Assembly (NCBI GenBank): GCA_945830595.1
Contig: CALZZH010000001.1
Span: 1 to 38,034, forward strand
Source: an uncultured Clostridia bacterium
Lineage (GTDB): Bacteria > Bacillota > Clostridia > Oscillospirales > Oscillospiraceae
Length of the DNA: 38,034 nt
Direction of reading: 5' to 3'
Position numbers and translations under genes: made by a program. This document shows positions 9,960 to 18,083 of the stretch, piece by piece (position 1 is the stretch's first letter; every line of letters begins with the position of its first letter). The notes beneath the pieces were generated by a model that was not told where the DNA came from, did not search any database, and saw only the letters and a list, made by a program, of their open reading frames with translations.

Positions 9960-10130
9960 CACAGCAGCAACCACCTCCTTGCAGGCAGAATTATATCATA
10001 AAATGCGTCAAAATAGAAGCAGAATCCAATATGCAACCGGCAGTTGACAAATTTTCAGGCGCAATTGGTGGTAGTCAACTGGATTTTCTGCTATATTAAA
10101 TCCAGAATTTACAGACAGGAGGGTTCATAT

Positions 10131-11102
10131 ATGAGCCTTGCAGAGAAAATTACCATGCTTCGAAAGCAAAAAGGATGGTCGCAGGAGGAACTGTCCAATC
10201 AGCTGGATGTCTCCCGGCAGTCCGTCTCCAAATGGGAGAGCTCCGCCTCCATTCCAGAACTGGATAAGCTGATCCGTATGAGTCAAATCTTCGGTGTCTC
10301 CACAGATTATTTGCTGCTGGATCAGGCCGACGGTCTGCCGCAGAAGGCCGATTCTGCACCGTCCAGAATTCTGAACCAGCAGGAGGCGCAGCACTGCCTT
10401 TCCCTGCGGCAGGCAAGCGCCAGACCTATGTCGCTGGCTGTATCTGCCCTGGTGATTTCTCCTGTTCCGCTTCTTTTTCTGGGCGGACTCAGTGAATATC
10501 AGACGGAAACGATTTCTGCTGATATGGCAGGCGGTCTGGGGGTTGTTCTGCTGCTGGTCATTGCGGCCATTGCGGTTTGGAGCTTAATCCGCTGCGGTAT
10601 GTCTCAAAATGACCTCGAGGAGCTGCAAAAGGGACCTTTTTCCTTACATCCGCTGGCCGCAGCGTGGGTACAGAGTCAAAAGCAGGCCTTCCAGAAAACC
10701 CATCGCGCCTATATTTCCACCTGTACATTGCTTTGCATTCTCAGCTTAGTTCCGTTGATGATAGCCGCTGCCTTCCAGGCCGGTGATTTTATCTATATTC
10801 TCTGCACGTGCCTGATGCTGGTCATCATATCCGTCGCTGTCAATGGGTTTGTCTGGAGCGGAACCATTCAGGGCGCGTTCCAAATGCTTCTGCAGGAAGA
10901 GAGCTATGCTCCGGAAGAACGGGCCGCAGAACGGCGTGTAGCCCCTGTTGCCGCCTGCTACTGGAGCGTTATCACAGCGCTTTACCTTGGTTTGAGCTTT
11001 TACAGCATGCGATGGGATCGCACCTGGATTGTCTGGCCCTGCGCCGGTGTGCTGTATGCCGCTGTCATTGCCATTGCCAAGCAAATCATCAAAAAGTTCT
11101 GA
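10131..11102 (+). CDS. XRE-family HTH regulator fused to a polytopic membrane domain
   Basis: ORF 10044..11102 trimmed to ATG 10131, 8 nt after AGGAGG (10117-10122). N-terminal HTH_3: MSLAEKITMLRKQKGWSQEELSNQLDVSRQSVSKWESSASIPELDKLIRMSQIFGVSTDYLL. At least five hydrophobic helices follow. Confidence 0.8.
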   Translation: MSLAEKITMLRKQKGWSQEELSNQLDVSRQSVSKWESSASIPELDKLIRMSQIFGVSTDYLLLDQADGLPQKADSAPSRILNQQEAQHCLSLRQASARPMSLAVSALVISPVPLLFLGGLSEYQTETISADMAGGLGVVLLLVIAAIAVWSLIRCGMSQNDLEELQKGPFSLHPLAAAWVQSQKQAFQKTHRAYISTCTLLCILSLVPLMIAAAFQAGDFIYILCTCLMLVIISVAVNGFVWSGTIQGAFQMLLQEESYAPEERAAERRVAPVAACYWSVITALYLGLSFYSMRWDRTWIVWPCAGVLYAAVIAIAKQIIKKF

Positions 11103-11107
11103 TTGGA

Positions 11108-11145
11108 AAACATGCAGCCACGAATGGTTTCGTGGCTGCATGTTT
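11108..11145. terminator. bidirectional intrinsic terminator
   Basis: aaacatgcagccacgaa-tggt-ttcgtggctgcatgttt forms a perfect 17-bp stem with A/T-rich ends. It lies between the convergent HTH gene (stop 11102) and GNAT gene (stop 11145). Confidence 0.75.
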
Positions 11146-11603
11146 CATACGGTATGCACATACATTCTCGACGGGGCCGGCTCTCCATCCCCCTGCACAA
11201 GGCACAGAAAACGCCACCCATATCGTTCGTAAAAGGCAGTATGATCTGTCAAAAGATACAGCGTGTCAATTCCAAACTGATGAAAATCATCACACACAGT
11301 CCGAAGCAGCTTTCCGGCTATTCCCTGGCATCGGAAGTCCTGCTCCACATAAACAGCACATACATTCGGCGTCAGGTCCTTTCTGTCGTGAAAGTCATTT
11401 TCGATCACGCCCAAGCCTCCGGCAATCTTGCTTCCATCAAGGGCAAGGTACCATTGCGGAACCGCGTGGCAGCCTTCCAGGCAGGCTGTCATGCTTTCCT
11501 CATAAGCAGCCTGCGGAATGCCCCATTTTTGGTGGAACCAGGATGACGCCTGTTCTACAAGTTCCGGATGCTCCCGGATTTTCAAAATCTGACAGTCCTT
11601 CAT
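11145..11603 (-). CDS. GNAT-family N-acetyltransferase
   Basis: 152 aa. Acetyl-CoA binding region VYVEQDFRCQGIAGKLLRTV...YERYGWRF. It is the last gene of the xpaC-telA-TPM operon, with an 11-nt spacer. Confidence 0.85.
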   Translation of the reverse strand: MKDCQILKIREHPELVEQASSWFHQKWGIPQAAYEESMTACLEGCHAVPQWYLALDGSKIAGGLGVIENDFHDRKDLTPNVCAVYVEQDFRCQGIAGKLLRTVCDDFHQFGIDTLYLLTDHTAFYERYGWRFLCLVQGDGEPAPSRMYVHTV

Positions 11604-11614
11604 CGCTCATCCGT

Positions 11615-12523
11615 TCATCGCTTGCCGCCAAAGCCGCCGCCGCGATTGCTTCCACCAAAGCCACCGCCGCCCTTGAAGCTGCCTCGACTGCTCCCACCAA
11701 AGCCGCCGGCACTACGATTGCTGCGGCGGGCTGTGCCAGATCCCGGGCCCGGTCTGGGACCTGGTCCAGGCTGCGGGCCGGGCCGGGGACCCGGCCCATA
11801 ACGACGATTGAGGAACAGCAATGGCATCCAACCTCCGGCACGCCACATCACATTGCGTCCCGCTCGGATCAGGGAGGACACCACCACAATTACAATCAGG
11901 ACGGCCAACAGTAGGACAAAGAATACGGTGCCCACTATGTTTTTTCCAATGCTGCCGCCTTTTGCAGGTTCGCCTGTCACCGGAACATTTTTGGCATACC
12001 AGCCCGCCAATTGATCAAACAGTTCCGTCAGCGCCTCTTCAGGCCGGTCAAATACGTGGCTCATAGCGCCGGTGACCAAAATCTCCAGGCTGTTGTCCAC
12101 ATAATAAGCCATGTCCTCGCCATAGGCAAAATAATAGTCCTGAGATTTCGTATCCAACAGCAAGAGCACGTCTGATTCGCCCAATCCAAGATCATAGCCC
12201 AGGCGGAAGGCCTCGTCCTCCATTTCACTGCTGGCAATCCCATCGTCTACAATTGCCACACCGCAGATGCTGCCATAGGAGTAATCCAAGGCCGCATTCT
12301 GTTCTGATATCATACGAATCGTTTTTTCTTTGAGCAGCCCTGTCTCATCCTGGACATATCTGGTATACGCGCTGTAATTTTCTTCGCCCCAGTTCTCCGC
12401 CGCGCTGTCACTGGACGGGTTATAGCTTCCCTTTGCAGTTTTAGCACGCCCAATGGCCAAGGATACCACAATCATGACTGCGCAAAGAGTAATGGCAACC
12501 CAACGCTTTTGAAAAAACTTCAT
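11615..12523 (-). CDS. TPM-domain protein (YgcG-like, membrane anchored, Gly/Pro-rich tail)
   Basis: N-terminal anchor WVAITLCAVMIVVSLAI. TPM-like core: YVQDETGLLKEKTIRMISEQN...GVAIVDD...VLLLLDT...YYFAYG. Second TM: VGTVFFVLLLAVLIVIVVV. Tail: GPGPRPGPQPGPGPRPGPG...GGFGGSSRGSFKGGGGFGGSNRGGGFGG. Confidence 0.8.
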   Translation of the reverse strand: MKFFQKRWVAITLCAVMIVVSLAIGRAKTAKGSYNPSSDSAAENWGEENYSAYTRYVQDETGLLKEKTIRMISEQNAALDYSYGSICGVAIVDDGIASSEMEDEAFRLGYDLGLGESDVLLLLDTKSQDYYFAYGEDMAYYVDNSLEILVTGAMSHVFDRPEEALTELFDQLAGWYAKNVPVTGEPAKGGSIGKNIVGTVFFVLLLAVLIVIVVVSSLIRAGRNVMWRAGGWMPLLFLNRRYGPGPRPGPQPGPGPRPGPGSGTARRSNRSAGGFGGSSRGSFKGGGGFGGSNRGGGFGGKR

Positions 12524-12534
12524 AGGATCTCCCT

Positions 12535-13671
12535 CTATTTCCGAACCTCCAGGAGTTTCTGCTTCAACTCGCCCTCAATTCTCCGGATCTCCAACTCTGC
12601 CTCCTGACGCTTCTGCCGGCCCTCCTGCTGAATCTGCATAACCTCATCCAACGTCGTGATCAATTGCTGATTGGTATGCTTCAACGTTTCAATATCCACC
12701 ACAGAGCGTTCCGCCTCTCTGGCAGTTTCCACCGTCGCCATCTTCAGCATGTCCGCATTGGAGCGCAGCAGCTGGTTGGTCATATCCGTCACTTGGCGCT
12801 GTGCCTCAATGGCCTGCTTGGAATGATGAATGCCAAGATACAGCACCATCTGGCTCTTCCACAGGGGAATGGTATTGACCAGGGAAGTTTGAATCTTTTC
12901 CGTCATCAGCGTGTCGTTATTCTGCAGCATCCGAATCTGCGGCCCCATCTGCAGAGAGACAATCCGAGTCAGCTCCAGATCATGGAGCTTTTTCTCAAAC
13001 CGGTCCACCAGATTGGCATAATCATTGGCCGCCTGGGCATCCTCGGGCTTGCCGGTTTCCTGTGCCTTCCTGCGCAGCTCAGCCAACGTCACATTCTTCT
13101 CCTGCGCCAGCTTTTCCCGGCCGGCCAGAATATACATGGTCAGCTGCTTATAGTAGTCGAGGTTTTTGTCGTACATTTGATCCAGCACGGCAATATCTTT
13201 CATCAGCGTCAACTGGTGCTGCTCCAAAGCTTCCGCAATCCGGTCCACGTTCGTCTCTGCCTTGCTGTATTGCAGCTTCATTGTCTCGATGGAATTGGAT
13301 GCCCGCTGGAACAGGGCCGCCAGGCCCTTTTTCTGTTCCGGCGGCTCAATACTCTTCAGTTCCCCCACCAGGCTGGTGATCATGTCGCCAATCTCACCCA
13401 TATCCTTCGTCCGGACAGATTCCAGCGCGCTTTCCGAAAAATCTGCAATATTTTTCTGGGCAGCCGCGCCATACTGCAAAACCTGCTGGGAATTGCTGAT
13501 GTCAATCTGCTGGGCAAATGCCTTCACCGCCTGCTGCTCCTCCGCCGTCAACATGCTCATATCCGGCCCTGCCTCCGGCGCAGTTTTCGCAATTTCCGTC
13601 TCCTGCTTCACTTCCAGCTTCGGCTCCTCCAGATCAGGGGTCAATGTCAGCTGAGGAATCTTTTCTTCCAT
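12535..13671 (-). CDS. toxic-anion-resistance protein TelA/YaaN family
   Basis: 378 aa, all helical. ...EQQAVKAFAQQIDISNSQQVLQYGAAAQKNIADFSESALESVRTKDMGEIGDMITSLVGELK... matches the TelA family as I know it. GGAGGG RBS lies in the 11-nt spacer. Confidence 0.9.
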   Translation of the reverse strand: MEEKIPQLTLTPDLEEPKLEVKQETEIAKTAPEAGPDMSMLTAEEQQAVKAFAQQIDISNSQQVLQYGAAAQKNIADFSESALESVRTKDMGEIGDMITSLVGELKSIEPPEQKKGLAALFQRASNSIETMKLQYSKAETNVDRIAEALEQHQLTLMKDIAVLDQMYDKNLDYYKQLTMYILAGREKLAQEKNVTLAELRRKAQETGKPEDAQAANDYANLVDRFEKKLHDLELTRIVSLQMGPQIRMLQNNDTLMTEKIQTSLVNTIPLWKSQMVLYLGIHHSKQAIEAQRQVTDMTNQLLRSNADMLKMATVETAREAERSVVDIETLKHTNQQLITTLDEVMQIQQEGRQKRQEAELEIRRIEGELKQKLLEVRK

Positions 13672-13682
13672 GTTTCTCCCTC

Positions 13683-14411
13683 CTAAAAGTCCTTCTGTTG
13701 GGTCAGCCCTTGGCTGGCCATCATCTGTTCCATTACCTGAATATCCGCTGTGATATCCACCACGTCCCGTTCAAACAGGCTGTCCAGCTGCTTCTGGAAT
13801 GCGACAATCACCTTGTCCAGAAGGTCTTCAATCTGCTGCATACCGGAAGTGATATTCTCACCCTTCAGCCCCACATTCTGCAGCTGGACATACTGCTCCA
13901 GCAGCTTAATGGTGGTCGGAAGATAATAATTCATAAACTGCCGCACTTGTTTCAGCTTGTCCTCTTTTTTCTCGACCTGATCGATGATGGAAGCTGTGAG
14001 TATTTCAATCTGCTTCAGCTGCGCTGAAATCTTAAAATCGGGGATATCGTCGTTCAGTTCCTGAATCCGTTTCACAGACTGGCGCCCCTGGCGAATTACG
14101 GCGTCCAGTTCCGGATTGCCTGTGGATTTTTCGGGTTCAGGCTTGGGATCCGGCTTTGGCTCTGGCTGCGGTTCCGGCTTTCGTTCCTCCCGTCGTTCCG
14201 GCTGGGGTGCTTCCTCTGTGGACTTGGCACTTCCCTTTTTGGTGACGTTTTTTACCAGCATATAAATTGCCCATGCCAGCAAGCCGCATTTTACCAGGCT
14301 GCCAAACCCGGAAAATCCGAAAAAGATACTGTAAATGAGCCAAACAAGGCCAATTGCGTAGATCGGCGAAACCGGTTTTTTGTTCTTGTTCTGTTTGTTG
14401 CGCATATACAT
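13683..14411 (-). CDS. XpaC-like protein (5-bromo-4-chloroindolyl phosphate hydrolysis protein family)
   Basis: Two N-terminal TM helices, a PE-rich linker (PQPEPKPDPKPEPE) and a C-terminal helical domain (...VRQFMNYYLPTTIKLLEQYVQLQN...). It sits directly upstream of telA, as xpaC-yaaN does in Bacillus. The start is ambiguous (GTG 14417/14414, ATG 14411/14405). Confidence 0.7.
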   Translation of the reverse strand: MYMRNKQNKNKKPVSPIYAIGLVWLIYSIFFGFSGFGSLVKCGLLAWAIYMLVKNVTKKGSAKSTEEAPQPERREERKPEPQPEPKPDPKPEPEKSTGNPELDAVIRQGRQSVKRIQELNDDIPDFKISAQLKQIEILTASIIDQVEKKEDKLKQVRQFMNYYLPTTIKLLEQYVQLQNVGLKGENITSGMQQIEDLLDKVIVAFQKQLDSLFERDVVDITADIQVMEQMMASQGLTQQKDF

Positions 14412-14443
14412 CACCACTTCTGACCGGACAATTTTCTACGCTC

Positions 14444-14472
14444 AGTTTATCACGCCTGCCAAAGAAATGCAA
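14444..14472 (-). promoter_or_regulatory. candidate promoter of the xpaC-telA-TPM-GNAT operon
   Basis: Minus strand: TTGCAT (14472-14467), 17 nt, TAAACT (14449-14444), with a TGn extended -10. Confidence 0.45.
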
Positions 14473-14496
14473 GGACTCACAAAGTTTCTAATCACA

Positions 14497-14524
14497 TTGA
14501 CATGAAATTTAATCCTGTTATAAT
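14497..14524 (+). promoter_or_regulatory. sigma-A promoter upstream of rpe
   Basis: TTGACA (14497-14502), 16 nt, TATAAT (14519-14524). It lies about 165 nt upstream of the rpe ATG. Confidence 0.6.
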
Positions 14525-14693
14525 ATTTTCTATGGGAACTGCATGCCGGCTGCATGCAGTCCCCTATCTGAAACGGCGCAGCGGTTCCGCGCGGTAGCCA
14601 GGAGCCTTTTCCGCATTGCCGTATATTCATACTTATGCCACTTTGCCCCTGTCTGGTGCAGGAAACGACAAATTTTTCCGGAGGTTCAGCAAG

Positions 14694-15350
14694 ATGATTA
14701 AAGTTTCCCCTTCCATTCTTTCCGCCGATTTCGGCAACCTGGAGCGAGACATCTGCGGCCTTGCCGCTGCCGGTGCAGACTATGTCCATGTGGATATTAT
14801 GGACGGTCACTTCGTACCCAATCTCTCCATGGGATTTCCGGTTGTAAACGCTCTGCGGCGTATCACGGATATGACTCTGGACGTGCATCTGATGATCGAC
14901 CGCCCCATTCGCTATGTGGAGCGTTTCTGCCAGGCCGGCGCCAATATTCTGACCATTCATGTGGAGGCCGATACAGAGGAAAATACCTTGGAGGCGCTCC
15001 GGAAAATTCAGGCCTGCGGCGTGAAGCCGGCCATTTGTGTCAAACCAAAGACCCCGGCTGAGGCTGTCCTTCCCTATCTTGACCTGTGTGATCTGATTCT
15101 GGTCATGACGGTGGAGCCTGGTTTTGGTGGTCAAAGTTTTATGCAGGATATGATGCCCAAGGTTCAGAAAATCCGGCAGTATATCAACGAGCGTAAACCC
15201 GATTGTGAGTTGGAGGTGGATGGAGGCGTCAATGCCGCCACCGCCAAAATCTGCGTTGAGGCCGGTGCCAATGTGCTTGTGGCTGGCAGCGCTTATTTCA
15301 AAGCAGCAGACCATGCCCAATTTGTCCGGGAGCTGAAAGCCAACGGCTGA
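14694..15350 (+). CDS. rpe: ribulose-phosphate 3-epimerase
   Basis: ORF 14616..15350 trimmed to ATG 14694 (GGAGG 9 nt upstream). MIKVSPSILSADFGNLERDI...DYVHVDIMDGHFVPNLSMG...VHLM...VMTVEPGFGGQSF...EVDGG. Confidence 0.95.
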   Translation: MIKVSPSILSADFGNLERDICGLAAAGADYVHVDIMDGHFVPNLSMGFPVVNALRRITDMTLDVHLMIDRPIRYVERFCQAGANILTIHVEADTEENTLEALRKIQACGVKPAICVKPKTPAEAVLPYLDLCDLILVMTVEPGFGGQSFMQDMMPKVQKIRQYINERKPDCELEVDGGVNAATAKICVEAGANVLVAGSAYFKAADHAQFVRELKANG

Positions 15351-15364
15351 AGCCTTCATCCTCT

Positions 15365-15410
15365 AAAAAAGCCGCGAATGCGTTCCTCACAAATGCATTC
15401 GCGGCTTTTT
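15365..15410. terminator. bidirectional intrinsic terminator
   Basis: aaaaaagccgcgaatgc ... gcattcgcggcttttt: an 11-bp GC-rich stem flanked by an A-run and a T-run. It lies between the rpe stop and the stop of the convergent membrane-protein gene. Confidence 0.8.
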
Positions 15411-15925
15411 CAGTCGTTCTCCATGGGGCGGCCAAGCAATTTGGTACATAAGCGGTACAGGGGCATGAGAAGAATGCACGTCAGCACCGCGTTGGAAACA
15501 CAGTGAATCAGGTCAAACGGAATTCCCGCCACCCAATAGGAAAAAGCTGCCGCCCATCCGCCTATAAAGAAGTAGGGAATTGCGCAAAGGGCGCCGAACA
15601 GCAGCCCAAAAATCCCGCTGACAGCTGTCCAGAACCATCTGGAACGGTTTTTCCGAAAGCAGATTGCAAGGATGGCCAGCACAGTCCATACATAGAGATA
15701 ATTGATGAACCACATGGAAAAGCCATAAATCAGCCCTTCCAGCAGCACAAAGATATAGACGGAGCACAAGGATTTCCAGCCAAAGAGCAGTGCAGCCAGA
15801 ATCACAAACACTGCCACCAAATGAATGTTGGGCAATGCCGCCAGGGCCACTTGGGTCGCCATCATCATGGCCCCCAGCAGTGCCAGCAGGAGCATCTCCC
15901 GCAGATCCCACTTACCAGCCGACAT
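15410..15925 (-). CDS. small polytopic membrane protein, ECF-transporter S-component-like
   Basis: 171 aa with 5-6 hydrophobic helices and no soluble domain. Its ATG overlaps the stop of the upstream DUF4430-like gene by 14 nt. The assignment rests on size, topology and context only. Confidence 0.55.
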   Translation of the reverse strand: MSAGKWDLREMLLLALLGAMMMATQVALAALPNIHLVAVFVILAALLFGWKSLCSVYIFVLLEGLIYGFSMWFINYLYVWTVLAILAICFRKNRSRWFWTAVSGIFGLLFGALCAIPYFFIGGWAAAFSYWVAGIPFDLIHCVSNAVLTCILLMPLYRLCTKLLGRPMEND

Positions 15926-16304
15926 TCAGTGTAAATTCATAGTGGTCACCATCAGCAATGGGGCAGGAATCAACGCCGTAGTTCACCTGCTCGCCGGACT
16001 TGGTATAGCCCCACCACTCCTGCTGGGATTCATCCGCAGTTTCACCGTCCACCGTCAGAACATACAGTCCATATTCGGTTTCATTGCCGGCCACAAGGTT
16101 TTCCTGTTCCAAGGCGCCGCGGAGAAATTCTTCATCCGTTTTAATTTCAAAGGTCTTCGTGGTGCCGTCCTTGTGGGTCACTTCCACAGTGACGGTTTTT
16201 CCGCCGGCCACCGCCTTAGGCCCAAAAGCGAGCCAGCATACAACTGCCACTGCCACAAGCACAACCAGGACAATGACGGCAATCAACGTTTTTTTGTTCT
16301 TCAT
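15912..16304 (-). CDS. DUF4430-like secreted/anchored beta-domain protein
   Basis: ORF 15912..16511 trimmed to ATG 16304 (GGAGAG RBS). Signal anchor MKNKKTLIAVIVLVVLVAVAVVCWLAF. A beta-rich domain of about 100 aa follows: KTVTVEVTHKDGTTKTFEIKTDEEFLRGAL...YGLYVLTVDGETADESQQEWWGYTKSGEQVNYGVDSCPIADGDHYEFTL. Confidence 0.6.
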   Translation of the reverse strand: MKNKKTLIAVIVLVVLVAVAVVCWLAFGPKAVAGGKTVTVEVTHKDGTTKTFEIKTDEEFLRGALEQENLVAGNETEYGLYVLTVDGETADESQQEWWGYTKSGEQVNYGVDSCPIADGDHYEFTLNVGW

Positions 16305-16417
16305 AAAACTCTCCTTTTTCACTGCACAAGAAACCCATACCGGTGTAAACACAAATACCAGTCTCTGTGCTCTATCCAATCTGAAGTCGTCTCTTCTATG
16401 GAGCAGTTGGAATACTG

Positions 16418-17296
16418 TCAAGACGTTCCGGCACTCTTCTCCGCGCCAGCCGCCAGACGTAGGGACGCATAATGATACGCTTGTTTGTAGTCTTCTCTTT
16501 CCCGGAAGCAAGTCTCCAACAGACGGTATAGCTCCAACTTTTGCGGCACGCTCCGCAGAGTTCCTTCCTCAGCCTGACGCAAATACAAAATGGCATCCTG
16601 ATATCGTTCTTTCAAGACCGCCAGCCAACCACGCAAAAGCAAATACTCTCCCTTGGACTCCGGCGTAGCGGCAGCGACAAGCCATAGCTCCTTCTCGGCA
16701 TCCTGAAGCCGGTCACCTAACAAATGGTAGCGGGCGGTCAGCAAATGCCGCTCATCTTCCAGCCCAAAGTCCCGACTCTGGTCCTGCACCAATTTCATCC
16801 AATGCTCTGCGGATACGCCCTTAGTCATGGCACAATCCGCCAAAAGCATATGGGCTGCCAACGATTCCTGTATCCCAATATAGAGGCCTTCAACCGACAG
16901 CGCCAGATTCGCATACTGCTCTGCAGCGGAAAGATCTCCACGCCGCATCGCAACGGAACCGCATTGCAGCGCGCTTCGGCACAGAAGCAGCCCGCCTTCC
17001 GGGGGCAGCCGATCCGCCTTCTGCAGCAGCGCCGCGCAGTCACGATAATTCCCAGCCTGATAGAGGGACCTTGCTTCCTCTGTCCTCGCATCTGAATCGA
17101 CAGGCTGTTCTTCCAGCAGCCAGCTGATGCGGACTCCTAAGACAGAAGCAAGATATTCCAAAGTCTTTACTGATGGCGAGGCCTGGTCATGCTCCAGCTG
17201 CGAAAGCATATTCCTTGTAATCTGCTCTCCGGCCACCTGCGATTGACTCAGGCCGCGATCCAACCTCGCTTTTTTGAGCCGTTCTCCCAAACTCAT
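16418..17296 (-). CDS. XRE-family HTH regulator with TPR-like helical-repeat C-terminal domain
   Basis: MSLGERLKKARLDRGLSQSQVAGEQITRNMLSQLEHDQASPSVKTLEYLASVLGV (HTH_3). About 220 aa of helical repeats follow (...ARSLYQAGNYRDCAALLQKA..., ...YQDAILYLRQAEE...). The ATG lies 8 nt after the PRTase stop. Confidence 0.75.
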   Translation of the reverse strand: MSLGERLKKARLDRGLSQSQVAGEQITRNMLSQLEHDQASPSVKTLEYLASVLGVRISWLLEEQPVDSDARTEEARSLYQAGNYRDCAALLQKADRLPPEGGLLLCRSALQCGSVAMRRGDLSAAEQYANLALSVEGLYIGIQESLAAHMLLADCAMTKGVSAEHWMKLVQDQSRDFGLEDERHLLTARYHLLGDRLQDAEKELWLVAAATPESKGEYLLLRGWLAVLKERYQDAILYLRQAEEGTLRSVPQKLELYRLLETCFREREDYKQAYHYASLRLAAGAEKSAGTS

Positions 17297-17304
17297 GGAG
17301 GCGC

Positions 17305-17859
17305 TCAGCCTTTGAGTGTTCCGTCCGCGTTGAATACAGGAAGCTTCTCCAGATAGATAATGTCGTCTCTGTTCTGGGCGTCGCCTTCAGCCAGAATGGC
17401 CATTCTGCCGCAGACAATGCCGCCGGCAGCCTCTACCAGCTTCTCCAGCGCTGTCAGAGATTCACCGGTGGAGATGACATCATCGATGATCAGAATCCGC
17501 TTTCCTTTCATCAGGGCGGCGTCATTTCCATCCAGATACAAATGCTGCTCTTTGGCAGTTGTAATAGAATGTACAGCAACATCCAAAATATCCCGCATAT
17601 ACAGCTTCGGACCCTTGCGAGCCAGCATATATTTATTTTGTCCGCTCTGCCGCGCCATTTCATGAATCAGCGGAATGCCCTTGGCCTCAGCTGTAATGAT
17701 ATAATCATAGTCCGGCGCTTTCTTCAGCAGCGCACCAGCACACTTCTCCGTCAGTTCGACATCTCCAAAGATCACAAACGCGGCAATGTACAGATCATCA
17801 GTAACCTTGCAGATCGGAAGATCGCGTTCAACACCGGCAATGTTCATGCGGTAAAACAT
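17305..17859 (-). CDS. purine/adenine-type phosphoribosyltransferase family protein
   Basis: 184 aa. PRPP-binding loop KRILIIDDVISTGESL. AAGGAG lies 9 nt upstream of the ATG. Confidence 0.8.
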   Translation of the reverse strand: MFYRMNIAGVERDLPICKVTDDLYIAAFVIFGDVELTEKCAGALLKKAPDYDYIITAEAKGIPLIHEMARQSGQNKYMLARKGPKLYMRDILDVAVHSITTAKEQHLYLDGNDAALMKGKRILIIDDVISTGESLTALEKLVEAAGGIVCGRMAILAEGDAQNRDDIIYLEKLPVFNADGTLKG

Positions 17860-17905
17860 AAAAATACGCTCCTTTTCCGGTTTCCCGGTTTTTTCATTAA
17901 TTCAT

Positions 17906-17934
17906 ATTATATGGCACGCCATGAAAGTTGTCAA
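17906..17934 (-). promoter_or_regulatory. consensus sigma-A promoter of the PRTase operon
   Basis: Minus strand: TTGACA (17934-17929), 17 nt, TATAAT (17911-17906). Both hexamers are perfect. Confidence 0.7.
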
Positions 17935-18054
17935 TTCCTGTGAGAAACTCAGTCTTTCCTTCGCGAGCCTAAATAATTTTTTGGTTTTTTTGTCAATTGG
18001 CCAAATTCCCAAAAAATCTTTTAGGAATTCGTGACTCTATACGTGCTCCTCCCC

Positions 18055-18083
18055 TTGTTTTTTATTCACAGTTTATTTATAAT
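18055..18083 (+). promoter_or_regulatory. candidate promoter of the AzgA-type permease gene
   Basis: TTGTTT (18055-18060), 17 nt, TATAAT (18078-18083). It lies about 45 nt upstream of the ATG. Confidence 0.5.

Noticed and set aside
11615-11800. Repetitive GC-rich DNA (recurring ccaccaaagccgccgcc-like units) that looked like a tandem repeat.
   Set aside because: It is the coding sequence of the Gly/Pro-rich tail (GGFGG and PGP repeats) of the TPM protein. It is not a non-coding repeat array.
10808-11914. 368-aa plus-strand ORF spanning three annotated genes.
   Set aside because: It crosses a strong bidirectional terminator. It overlaps the HTH gene out of frame and is antisense to the GNAT and TPM genes. 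Its composition is low-complexity.
12664-13686. 340-aa ORF on the plus strand.
   Set aside because: It is antisense to telA. Its leucine/arginine/histidine-rich translation has no motifs.
14442-15359. 305-aa ORF on the minus strand.
   Set aside because: It is an antisense shadow of rpe. It has no SD and no recognisable domain, and rpe on the plus strand is unambiguous.
16305-16417. Possible cobalamin riboswitch, or a small signalling-peptide gene downstream of the HTH/TPR regulator (RNPP-like logic).
   Set aside because: 113 nt is too short for a B12 element, and there is no GCCACTG-type B12 box. The only ATG-initiated frame lacks an SD and runs out of frame into the DUF4430-like gene.
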